This document shows positions 40,988-51,148 of a stretch of 64,000 nucleotides of DNA, one piece after another. The DNA is from a bacterium. Its GTDB lineage: Bacteria > SM23-31. Numbering within the stretch: the first letter of the stretch is position 1; each line of letters starts with the position of its first letter. The stretch is taken from NCBI GenBank assembly GCA_965249485.1, contig OZ252239.1:1408001-1472000 (forward strand), in the 5' to 3' direction. A program made the translations under genes and the position numbers. The notes under the pieces were generated by a model. The model was given only the letters and a program-made list of their open reading frames with translations, searched no databases and had not been told where the DNA came from.

Positions 40988-41845
40988 TTATTTGCAAACC
41001 TGTCCGAGATCGTTGAGCGATTCGGGAAAATAGCGCTCTATTATTTCATAGATAGCCGGGTCTATCTGCCGTAATTCCTCGCGGGTACCGGAACGGGGCC
41101 CCTGTTCTCCGATACCATAGTGCATCCATGGTCCGGGGAAATACTCATTGAGATCATAATAAGCATTCACCCTGAATGTAAAATACTCATCATCAACGTA
41201 AGCATCGAAGGGCATAATATCTTCAAGCGGCTCATTGGCAGGAGGGATAAAAGTACCATTTTCGACCGCTACTAAAAATGCTGCATAGATTTCATCGATG
41301 ACCTCCGGTTCCGTAGTGGGTAAACCGAGGTTGTGGATATCGTGTACAAATTCGTGCAGAAGAAAATTAGAGATGTAATCTGGATTGTCTTCATAACATA
41401 TCCCTTTTTCCCAGACAAGTGTAGAAGGAGAGCCTGGCATCTGTCCGAGACCCCACTCACCATCACTATTCGGGCCGTATTCCGGAAGATCAGAAGCAGT
41501 TTGATCATGAGCCATAATGGATATTCTTGGATGATGCTGTAGAATTGCTTCATGGACATCGGGTCGTTTACTCGTGAGATGAAGGATAGTTTTTCGTGCA
41601 GCCAGAAGAGCAGCATCGGACACCTTTTCCGACCCTACAATGACCACACCATTAGCAGTAATGTATTTTTTGTAAAATGGATCAACATCCTGCGGTGGAT
41701 CGATAACATTGTCACCCGTTTCAACAACCGAAAACGGTACGAATTGCGAATCATCACCATCAACTGCCTGCTGATTCTGGCTACCGCATTGAAAAAGCAG
41801 TATTCCTGAAACAAAAATTGCAGCACATAATGTTAAAAACTTCAT
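40988..41845 (-). CDS. Lipoprotein with a zincin metallopeptidase motif
   Basis: Lipobox-like LFQC; LLHEFVH (HExxH) with downstream DEYF; C-terminal TREELRQIDP. Confidence 0.7.
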   Translation of the reverse strand: MKFLTLCAAIFVSGILLFQCGSQNQQAVDGDDSQFVPFSVVETGDNVIDPPQDVDPFYKKYITANGVVIVGSEKVSDAALLAARKTILHLTSKRPDVHEAILQHHPRISIMAHDQTASDLPEYGPNSDGEWGLGQMPGSPSTLVWEKGICYEDNPDYISNFLLHEFVHDIHNLGLPTTEPEVIDEIYAAFLVAVENGTFIPPANEPLEDIMPFDAYVDDEYFTFRVNAYYDLNEYFPGPWMHYGIGEQGPRSGTREELRQIDPAIYEIIERYFPESLNDLGQVCK

Positions 41846-42058
41846 TGATAACTCCTGTTAAGTGGATTATTTACAACATTAGAAAATTCTATGAATAATA
41901 TCAACAACATTTGGTATTACAAGCAATGAATCGGATTACATATTATCTTAAGAGACGGAACATTTAATGCAATGTTTTTGTATATTCTTTTTTATATTTG
42001 TTATTGACATAACGTGGGATCGTGAGTTATCGAAAAAATATATCGGGAGGTGATAATA

Positions 42059-44054
42059 ATGAAAATGAAGTTTAAATCGGCCGCACATATTATTGTATTT
42101 ATGGTGATTGTAGCGGCCCCGTATCAGGCACACGGTCAGGAGAATAGTCTTACTCCTGAAATGCTGCTCGATCTGAAAGTTGTTACACAGGTTGCTCTCA
42201 GCCCCCGGGGTGAGGAATATGCTTATGTGTTAAGAGTACCGCGTGCAGATCATGTAGAACCGGGATCAGCATTTGCGACCGAATTATGGATGGGTTCACT
42301 TGAAGGCGATGAGCCGCGTCAGTTTACCTATCAGCCGTTAAATGTTCGGTCAGTGCAGTGGTTTCCTGATGGCGAATATATCGGATTTCTTTCAGCACGC
42401 CGGCATCAGGATGCCCACACACAAGTCTATATGCTCCCCGCTTTCGGCGGTGAAGCGCGCAAATTGACGAGTCACGAGACGTCGATACAGCAATACCGGT
42501 GGTCACCGGACGGAACGAAGATAGCATTCTCCGCATCCGAACCTCTGTCGGGTCAGCATCAAAATGATATTAGTCGGGGCCGCGATTGGACTGTAGTCGA
42601 TGAAGATTACCGTATGACTCATTTATGGGTAATGGACCTTGAACGTGGAACAAGTGAAAGAGTAGTTGGCGAAGACATGCACGTTACGGCATTCGAGTGG
42701 ACGAACGACAGCAAATCATTAGTGTTTCAGGCATCGGAAAAACCGGGAATCGACACTATTTATATGTTCTCGAAAATATTTCATGTAGCAGTTGGAAATG
42801 GTACACCTGAAGTGGTAACACCGACATTCGGCAAGCTCGGTGCAATGAGTACATCCCCCTGACGGAAAACAGCTGGCGTATCTCGGTGCTGTCAGCCATA
42901 ATGATCCGATTGCACAGAGTGTTTTTATAGCGCCGGTTTCTGGTGGAGAATCCAGAAATCTGACCGGCACGTACGAAGGAATGGCGCTTCAGATCAGGTG
43001 GAGTGACAGCGAAACGTTGCTCATGCTTGCGGTCAAGGGCGTACAGACGGTTATTTATGAAATTAATGTTCGTACCGGCAGCCGGAATCAGATTGTTGAA
43101 CCGGGCAACCCAATATTGAGTTCCTTCGATATCCACACAGAATCAGGACGGTTTATGGCTGTCGGACATACGAACGATCATCCTGCAGAAGTGTTCACCG
43201 GAACGACTGGAGAAGGGAAAGCGTTCCGGTTTACCAATCATAATCCGGAATTAGACGACATTGATTTCGGTCGTCAGGAAGCAATAACCTGGAAATCAAA
43301 AGACGGTTGGAATATACAAGGAATACTGACCTTTCCTCTTGATTATGAAGAGGGGAACAGGTATCCGCTTGTGCTGCAGATTCACGGTGGACCGGAAGGA
43401 TACGATATGAACGGCTGGACGACCCGTTCGCTCTATCCCATACAACTTCTTGCTGCCCGGGGGTATATGGTTTTGCAGCCGAATTATCGGGGAAGCGGTG
43501 GACGTGGAGTTGCCTTCAGCAAAGCAGACCATAACGATCTTGGCGGAAAAGAGTTTGATGATGTTCTGTCAGGCATCGATTATCTTATCGATAAAGGGCT
43601 TGTTGATCAGGAGCAAATTGGGACGGGTGGCTGGTCATACGGCGGTTACTTCTCCGGATGGGCCGCAACTCGCTATAGCGAACGGTTTCAAGCAGCGATT
43701 TTCTGTGCAGGGTTGAGTAACTGGATATCTTTTACCGGAACAACCGATATCCCACATGAAATGTCTGCTGTCCATTGGAACTCGTGGTGGTATGATGAAC
43801 CGGAATTACACTGGGAACGTTCACCGATTGCTCATATCGATAATGCCGAAACTCCGACACTTGTCATTCACGGTGCAAACGATGCACGTGTTGCTCCGGG
43901 ACAAAGTCATGAACTTTATACGGCACTCAAGCACAAAGGAATTCCAACGCAGCTTGTTCTTTATCCGCGTGAGGGCCATGGTCTCTCGGAACGGGAACAT
44001 CAGCTTGATTATTTGGAACGGGTGTTTGATTGGTTTGACACATATTTGAAGTAA
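42059..44054 (+). CDS. S9 (prolyl oligopeptidase/acylaminoacyl) peptidase, frameshifted by an extra C at 42855-42859
   Basis: Propeller repeats (WSPDG); removing one C restores SPDGKQLAYLG; HGGP, NYRGS, GWSYGG, D.RV and EGH catalytic motifs. Confidence 0.9.
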
Positions 44055-44080
44055 ATTACAATAATTAATGATTAACGGAA

Positions 44081-44112
44081 GAGGGCGGACTGCATATAAA
44101 CACTCCGCCCTC
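44081..44112. terminator. Hairpin between convergent genes, probable bidirectional terminator
   Basis: GAGGGCGGA (44081-44089) pairs with TCCGCCCTC (44104-44112). Confidence 0.65.
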
Positions 44113-44171
44113 AATATTTTTGGAAGATGGCATCGTTTGAATTCCAATTCAAAGTTTACGCCAACAAAATC

Positions 44172-45818
44172 TTAGTCTTCGAGCAAAATCTTCATCTCAT
44201 CATCGAGTCCCGTCATTTGCCATCTGATAAGTGATATCGGAATGATGCCCGCAGCGAAGAATTCTTCAAAGAAATCTTTATAATTGAAATCATTACCCAA
44301 TTGGCGTGTCCGCTCGGCGATCAAATTGTTGAGTTGGAATTTTCCGAATACCATACCGAGATGCCATCCGACAAAACGGAGATTGGTTTGCATTTCATAC
44401 CAAACATGGGGGCCGTCGGGAATGAGCCAGCCGTTTGGCGCGCAGGTGACACAATAATCGATTGCCTGCCGCAATGTATAATCGTTATTATGCATTTTTA
44501 AATCGGCAATTGCCCTGCATGTACGGAACGCGGCCTGCCAATAAGCAATTTCCCTTCCGCGTGTCGGCCGGGTATCGAGGTAACCAGCATGCATCATCAT
44601 CTCTTCTAACCAGAATGCCCATCCTTCCATCCTGATCATATCAATCGCGTAGAACCGTTCTGTCCCTCGGATCGGGCTTGTGTCTAACGAATGCCGCTTA
44701 CTGTCGAAATAGTGCCCGATAAATTCGTGTGTCTGTTCCGGGAGTGGTTCACGGTCAGCTGTCTGGTGAAAATAGTCTCTGATTCCGGGCCATGATCCTG
44801 AATCTCCTGAACCCGAAAATCCAGCAAGCGGACTTCTGTGCAGGTATCCTTCAGTGTCAAGCCAATCGGGAATATCGAAGAGCTGTTGCTCCTGCATAAA
44901 TTCCATCGCAAACCTGAGCGCCTGATCACGCCGTCTGCGGTGTTCAGCTTGTGTCGGCACCGGCTGTAATTCGGGGAGATGTTTGTTTCTGTTCCGTTCA
45001 AGGGCAACAGTTGTCAAAATCCTGTCATCCTCACGCATAATTATGCCGTACAATTCATCCCATGTATAGGGAACAAGCTGAACATTCTTCATCCACCAGT
45101 TGTAATTCTCTTTTCCCACACCTGCCTGAGCAGTCATGGTGCCCTGGTTGTCCTTGAGCCATTCACCGTATTCTATAACGGATGCGAGTGCCTGCTGTGC
45201 ATCCTGGAGTAGCTCCGAATGGTGTTCGGCGATTGCGTCACGCAGTCTCCTGTGAAAAGTTATCTCCGCATCCATATAGTGGAGTGCAATGATCAACAGG
45301 TCTGCAGCGCCTTCTGTTAAATTTGATTTTGCCTGTTCGAGAATTATCGGAACAGCCCGCAGTTTCCCCTGCACTTCTTCCAGTTTATCGTCGGGTATAG
45401 GTATTTCATTAATCCGGAGAGCATTGTACCGGACAGGGCCGCCGCCCGCCTGAGTCTGCATATAATAAACCGGATCGCGAGACCATGGTTTAAGGACTCG
45501 TTGATAAAAATCGAGTCCGTTCATCTCCGCACGGACAAGATAATATTCAACTTTTTGTTCAGTGGTCCAACTGCTAATATCCATGGCTGCAAGACGCCGC
45601 TGATACTCCAGCAGGCCGCTTCGCTGTGCGTCGATAGCAGCAGGTGTGTAATCGGGTACCCAGTCTGTCATTTTCGGCTTTTGAAGTTCCCGAAAATCCT
45701 GAAAAAGCTGCACAAGATCGTCATAATCACCCTCGTCAGTTCCAGGAGAATCACCAGCCGGAGCGCAGAAAACATATACTAAAACAAAACACAATAGCAT
45801 AAATAGTCGCAATCGCAT
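44172..45818 (-). CDS. DUF885-family exported protein
   Basis: PWSRDPVYY, HEFIGH, EGWAF.LEE, RAIADLKMH and G.IPISLIRWQM motifs. Confidence 0.85.
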   Translation of the reverse strand: MRLRLFMLLCFVLVYVFCAPAGDSPGTDEGDYDDLVQLFQDFRELQKPKMTDWVPDYTPAAIDAQRSGLLEYQRRLAAMDISSWTTEQKVEYYLVRAEMNGLDFYQRVLKPWSRDPVYYMQTQAGGGPVRYNALRINEIPIPDDKLEEVQGKLRAVPIILEQAKSNLTEGAADLLIIALHYMDAEITFHRRLRDAIAEHHSELLQDAQQALASVIEYGEWLKDNQGTMTAQAGVGKENYNWWMKNVQLVPYTWDELYGIIMREDDRILTTVALERNRNKHLPELQPVPTQAEHRRRRDQALRFAMEFMQEQQLFDIPDWLDTEGYLHRSPLAGFSGSGDSGSWPGIRDYFHQTADREPLPEQTHEFIGHYFDSKRHSLDTSPIRGTERFYAIDMIRMEGWAFWLEEMMMHAGYLDTRPTRGREIAYWQAAFRTCRAIADLKMHNNDYTLRQAIDYCVTCAPNGWLIPDGPHVWYEMQTNLRFVGWHLGMVFGKFQLNNLIAERTRQLGNDFNYKDFFEEFFAAGIIPISLIRWQMTGLDDEMKILLED

Positions 45819-45945
45819 ACAAAAACCTCCTTACTCAGTTATTTCATACTTAGCATTTTATGGAATAATTATATTACCACAACATAATCAACTGATACTC
45901 AATATCAGACTTCTTTATAAGACGGTCTGCTCAAACTGCTATAGT

Positions 45946-47592
45946 CTAATAATACCAATATGATTCAAAATCGGTCTCAAGACCGGTCATTTCCCATCGG
46001 ATAAGAGAAAATGGAATCGAACCTTTCTTGAAAAATTCATCCATGAATTCTTTCAAAACAAAATCGTCTCCAAGCTGGTTCGATCGGTCGGTCAGGAGTT
46101 TCAGAAATTGCTGTTTACCGATGTGCATACCGGTATGCCAACCGGGATGCCGGAGTGTCGTCTCGGTTTCGTACCACACTTCGTGGCCATCGGGCAGTGT
46201 CCAGCCGAATGGTGTTTTCTCCACAAAAAAATTGCTGGCTTCTTCCAGATTAAAGTCATTGCTGTGCAGTTTCAGGTCGGTAATAGAGCGGACTGCGCGG
46301 AAGGCCATAGCGATATAGTTCAACTCACGCCCACGGGGATTGTCCTTAAAGAGCCCTGCATTCATAAGAAATCCTTCTAATGCATACGCCATACCCTCGT
46401 GCCGGATCATATCCATTGCAAAGAGGCGGTTTGCCCCCCGGATGGGGCGGGTATCGCGGGCATCACGCATTCCATCGATTGCGTGGCCGATAAAGTTGTG
46501 GCTCCTCATGTGGAGCGGTAACCGGTCTTTACTTTGCTCAAAAAAGTCACGGGCGGTACCGTACTGGCGCACACTGTTCAATGCCCAGGGAGTGTCGGTA
46601 ACCGGCTCAACATATTCGGGAATAGTGAACAGATCGTTTTTTTCGATAAACCTTAGGAGATACTGCTGATACAAATTATCGAGCCGATGATACTCTGCTT
46701 CACTTTGGACGATGGTCAACTCCGGCAGATTCCTGTTGCGGTGTTGTTCTATTTCTAACAGCGCCATTGAACGGTCATACTCGTGCTCGGCAATCGTTAA
46801 GAGCTGACCCCATGTATATGGCAACAACTGAACTTCACGCATCCACCATTCGTAGTTTCTTTCGCCGATACCTGCAGGCTCAGTCATCGATTCGACATTT
46901 TCTTCCAGCCATGTTCCGTACCCCTCTACAGAGGATATTGCTCCATTGACAAGTTCAATGAGTTCGGGATGAAAATCCCTCAAACGCTCGCCTAACCTGC
47001 TGTACAACCGGATCTCTTCATCAAGAAAATGGAGCGCGATCCGTGCAAGATCACCCGATGCTTCGGTCAAATTGCGCTTTGCCTGTTCATAGATAGCAGG
47101 AACAGCTTTAAGGTTGGTCCTGACATTTTCTAATTCTTCTACTGATAGCGGCACTTCACCGACCCGAATTCCTCCGTAATTAGCGGGGCCGGCTCCTCTC
47201 TGAGACTGGAGATAAAAGACCGGGTCCCTTGACCACGGTTTTAAAACACGGTGATAAAAGTCGAGACCGTTCATCTCAGATTCAACAATTTTATAGTCTA
47301 CTTGCTGAGCTATCGGCCAGTCTGAGGAGTTGATGGCATTCAGCCGTTCAAACAGAGTGATAAGGCCCAGACGTTGTGACCGTATTGCATCAGGCATATA
47401 GTCGGGGACACCGTCAGTAATTACGGGTTTTTCAAATTCTCTGAATTCATGAAAAAGGATGATAAGATCGTCGTAACTACTGCTCGGAATGATAGGTGTT
47501 ATGGTTGTTTCACTAGATTGCTGTGTACATGCCATACCAAACACAACGATGAAAAGCAAATATGCAATACAAGTGCGATATATCAAAATCAT
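45946..47592 (-). CDS. DUF885-family lipoprotein, tandem paralogue
   Basis: Lipobox GMAC; PWSRDPVFY, HNFIGH, EGMAYALE and GSIPFSLIRWEM motifs. Confidence 0.85.
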   Translation of the reverse strand: MILIYRTCIAYLLFIVVFGMACTQQSSETTITPIIPSSSYDDLIILFHEFREFEKPVITDGVPDYMPDAIRSQRLGLITLFERLNAINSSDWPIAQQVDYKIVESEMNGLDFYHRVLKPWSRDPVFYLQSQRGAGPANYGGIRVGEVPLSVEELENVRTNLKAVPAIYEQAKRNLTEASGDLARIALHFLDEEIRLYSRLGERLRDFHPELIELVNGAISSVEGYGTWLEENVESMTEPAGIGERNYEWWMREVQLLPYTWGQLLTIAEHEYDRSMALLEIEQHRNRNLPELTIVQSEAEYHRLDNLYQQYLLRFIEKNDLFTIPEYVEPVTDTPWALNSVRQYGTARDFFEQSKDRLPLHMRSHNFIGHAIDGMRDARDTRPIRGANRLFAMDMIRHEGMAYALEGFLMNAGLFKDNPRGRELNYIAMAFRAVRSITDLKLHSNDFNLEEASNFFVEKTPFGWTLPDGHEVWYETETTLRHPGWHTGMHIGKQQFLKLLTDRSNQLGDDFVLKEFMDEFFKKGSIPFSLIRWEMTGLETDFESYWYY

Positions 47593-47963
47593 GAAAATCC
47601 TCTATTGACTGGGAAATATCATTCATGTTCGAGATTATTGTATCCGAACATCTGGATTACGTGAAGAGCCCGGAACACCGGCAGCATCTTCGGTGGAATT
47701 AAGCATTGTAGTTATGTGTTTTGCGATGGATCTGTGAATAGGTGGTACGGCTAATAATTATGTTGCCAGACTGAAATGTGAATATGAAAAGATAGTATTG
47801 TGACTGGTCTATGCTCCGGTTGTGGTTTTGCATAAATGTTACTCATTTCATTACCGAATGACAAGAAAAAAGTAACGATTCTGTACAATATTAGTACAGT
47901 GAAAGAAAAATTATATTCAATTTAGATTCTGTTACTGCAGGTTGAAAAATTGACCCTGGAAAA

Positions 47964-49358
47964 CTACCACTCTTCACCGATGAGATAAGTAAGAATAGCC
48001 ATACCTGCGGCGCCGAGTTCAAATTCCCGGGGATTAATTGCTTCGAAAACGTCACTTTCGGTATGGTGATAGTTGAAATAGCGCTGGCCGTCAACTTTTA
48101 AGCCGATCAGTGCCTGCGTATTTTGAATATGCTCGACATCGCCGCCACTCTGACCAAGCTCGATTATTTCGATTCCTGCCGCTTTCAAATAGGGGAGAAA
48201 TGCTTCGAGTCTTTCAACCGCTTCGGGTTGCTCGACCGTTAATCCCCGTGGTGAAAACGAACCGTTATCCGATTCGATACCAGCAACATGTGTTTCGTCA
48301 CGGAGAGCGGCGAGCTCGGCGAATACAATACCTCCATGATGGCCCCGCTCTTCATTCGCAAACAGCACAACACGAATTGTCTTCTTCGGGCGAATATTAA
48401 GACGATTATAAAGGTCGACCACCTCCAAAGCTTGCATACATCCGCCGCCATCATCATGAGCACCGGTTCCTTTATCCCAGCTATCCAGATGCCCTCCGAC
48501 TACGATAACCTGATCGTCCTGCTCTCCACGGAGGTCTCCGACCACATTGAACGACTCGGCGTTTGGAAGGTTGTGTGCAGAGAGTTGGAGACGAATTTGC
48601 AGTTCTGGGTCTTGCCTCAGAACTTCACTGAGAAAATCAGCATCCTGTACACCGACTGCAACAGCAGGAATCTTTGTAACGTCGTCTTCATACGAAGTAT
48701 TGCCCGTATGTGGAACGTTGTCATTTGAAAGCGTAAGCGATCTAAGGATATAGCCGACAGCGCCAAGTTTTGAGGCTGTATTGGGGCCGGCCGTCCGCAT
48801 TGGATACGCCAAAAAGTAGGCAGTAAACGTGCTGAATTCTCCGGCGGGAAGCCTGCCATTCATGAACACTATTTTTCCCGCAGCATCATCTCCGAGAGCC
48901 TGGAGTTCTTCCAATGACTCAACTTGTATCACGTGGGCGGTGACACCTTGTGCCGGTGTGCCTTCAGTGCCCCCGATAGCGGCCACGCGTAACTCTCTTC
49001 CCCGGAATAAACGAGATGATACTATTGACGCTCTTTCAACCGATCCGCGCACCCAATGTGGAACCATCACCGTCTGCAAATGGACATTTTCGAGGCCAAG
49101 ATCATTCATTTTTGCCTCAGCCCATTGTATGGCTTGCAGTCCCTGCTCTGAACCCGCAAGACGTGGTCCTATATCTGTCAGTTCATGCAGCCACTCGTAA
49201 CCCCGCTGATCCTCAAGTGCAGTCCTGACGAAACGGTTTGCGGTCTCTAAATACGTTTCGTTTATAGCAATGTCACCGTTGACTGAACAGTGTACGTTCA
49301 TAAAGACTAAAGTAAAAAGAATTAAAAGTATGTTTGTATAATAATGAGACTGTCTCAT
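47964..49358 (-). CDS. M28 metallopeptidase (carboxypeptidase Q-like)
   Basis: IGPRLAGS, GGHLDSWD.G.GAHDD, NEERG, ESD.G and YHHT motifs; ATG 49358 with GGAGA RBS. Confidence 0.92.
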   Translation of the reverse strand: MRQSHYYTNILLILFTLVFMNVHCSVNGDIAINETYLETANRFVRTALEDQRGYEWLHELTDIGPRLAGSEQGLQAIQWAEAKMNDLGLENVHLQTVMVPHWVRGSVERASIVSSRLFRGRELRVAAIGGTEGTPAQGVTAHVIQVESLEELQALGDDAAGKIVFMNGRLPAGEFSTFTAYFLAYPMRTAGPNTASKLGAVGYILRSLTLSNDNVPHTGNTSYEDDVTKIPAVAVGVQDADFLSEVLRQDPELQIRLQLSAHNLPNAESFNVVGDLRGEQDDQVIVVGGHLDSWDKGTGAHDDGGGCMQALEVVDLYNRLNIRPKKTIRVVLFANEERGHHGGIVFAELAALRDETHVAGIESDNGSFSPRGLTVEQPEAVERLEAFLPYLKAAGIEIIELGQSGGDVEHIQNTQALIGLKVDGQRYFNYHHTESDVFEAINPREFELGAAGMAILTYLIGEEW

Positions 49359-49593
49359 ACTGTCTCCAGTCGGATTGATTGTGTGTTGTATTTGGAAAGA
49401 ATTCAAATGTAAGTCGGATGCAAAAAGATAGTGTCTTTAAGAGTAATAGTCAAATGTTAATTCTGCTTAAATATGAGTGTCATTTTTAGTATCTTGAAAC
49501 ACTTTGTTCATATTTTACTGATTGTAAACTCATAATTTTGCTCGAATATATCCTGATGGATTTATACTCGGACTTTCTATTACATGACGATTC

Positions 49594-49776
49594 TCACACG
49601 GGATGGTAATGCCAGACCGACAGCGGTGTGAATCCGGGATTTTTTCTGACATGTACAACATCACAATTCCTGGCACCGACATTTGCTGCTAATGCAGATG
49701 TGACAGCCCATTTACCACCTTTGCCGTCACTAAATTCACGCGAAGGATGTGTGTCCCAATGTACAATATGCGCCAT
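49594..49776 (-). pseudogene. Truncated cupin-like gene fragment
   Basis: GA.N...VHV..NPG.....WHYHP resembles cupin motif 1 and stops at TGA; GGAA RBS. Confidence 0.45.
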
Positions 49777-49974
49777 AATTATTCCTATTATTAAGTACCC
49801 GTCGTACGGTAAAAATTAATTAAAGAAACTAAGATGGAATTGAGATATTTATGTACGTTACAATAAAAGTAAAATGAATAAACGCTTTTCTAATAAAATA
49901 GCAACTATTTAATAAATATTGAATATTTTTATTATTTAAATAGTATTCTTATATTATGTGTTAATTACACGACC

Positions 49975-51093
49975 ATGTATCGCCATATCAGCTTAAACAA
50001 AAGCCTCTTTATGTACAGTCTCTACCGTAATTTAGAACTTACTGCTCTTACTATTTTTATTATTTCAGTATTTGTGCCCACCATTCCTGCAGTAGGGCAA
50101 AATGCAATTACCATAGGAGACGTTAGCACATTGATCGATGAGAAACTGTCGGGATCAATCAATGTAGCGATCGGTACGGAAGGACCAGAATTTCAAGTGC
50201 CGTTCACGATTATCAATGGTGTGAATGAGGGCCCCGTTATTGCTCTAACAGCCGATTTGTTGGATAGAGACAATCCACCCTTCAACGCATTGCAGGAAAT
50301 TATTGAATCCCTTGATCCGAAACGCCTTTCGGGCACAGTCATTGTTCTTAATTCGGTCACAACATCATCTTTTCTCCGAAGAAAAATCTATCACAATCCG
50401 TTTGAAGGGTTAAATCTAAACCGGGTATATCCCGGAAAAGCATCGGGAAGTATCGGAGAACGAATTACCTACAGGATTCGGGAAGAAATTATTGACAGGA
50501 GTGACTATCTCATCGATTTTCACTGTATTGATGTCAACGAAGGGCTCATTGCATTTGTATCCTGTCCTAACCGTGGAAATCCCTTCGTTGTATACAATTC
50601 CCGTGATCTTGCCTATAGTATGGGATTAGATGTAGTTTTGAATAAACATTACACTCCTCATGATCCTGAAGCTGCAATTGGTTTAGGATATGAAGCATTC
50701 ACATCGGGTAAACCGTCGATAACAGTTGTTGCCGGCGAACCGGCAAAACCCGATCTCGAGACTGAGAGGGTAATAATTGAAGGGATTACCAATGTATTAA
50801 TGCATCTGGAGATGATTGAAGGTAAGCCAGACCGGACATTCGGTCAAATATGGGTTCAGAGAATTAGTTACCTGAAATCAGAACTTTCAGGTGATTTTAT
50901 TCCGCTTGTGGATCCGGGTGCATTGATTCAACGAGGAGATGTGGTCGGCCATATCCAGGACTCTATGAACTCAGTTGTTCAGAAGATAACCGCACCTCAT
51001 GACGGGATAGTCCATTTTATCCAAATTAACTCATGGTTCGAAAAAGGTTCTCCGCTCGTAGCAATCGGGGAACTCGCGCAGCAAAGGGATTAA
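49975..51093 (+). CDS. Succinylglutamate desuccinylase/aspartoacylase (M14-like) family protein with a degenerate metal site
   Basis: GPVIALTA, LSGTVI, NLNRVYPG and IDFH motifs plus a C-terminal barrel-sandwich; the usual HGxE is replaced by LLDRD. Confidence 0.82.
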   Translation: MYRHISLNKSLFMYSLYRNLELTALTIFIISVFVPTIPAVGQNAITIGDVSTLIDEKLSGSINVAIGTEGPEFQVPFTIINGVNEGPVIALTADLLDRDNPPFNALQEIIESLDPKRLSGTVIVLNSVTTSSFLRRKIYHNPFEGLNLNRVYPGKASGSIGERITYRIREEIIDRSDYLIDFHCIDVNEGLIAFVSCPNRGNPFVVYNSRDLAYSMGLDVVLNKHYTPHDPEAAIGLGYEAFTSGKPSITVVAGEPAKPDLETERVIIEGITNVLMHLEMIEGKPDRTFGQIWVQRISYLKSELSGDFIPLVDPGALIQRGDVVGHIQDSMNSVVQKITAPHDGIVHFIQINSWFEKGSPLVAIGELAQQRD

Positions 51094-51148
51094 GTACATA
51101 GATGATGTGGCATTAATAGAATCTCACTCCTTTAGAAGGAACACATTT

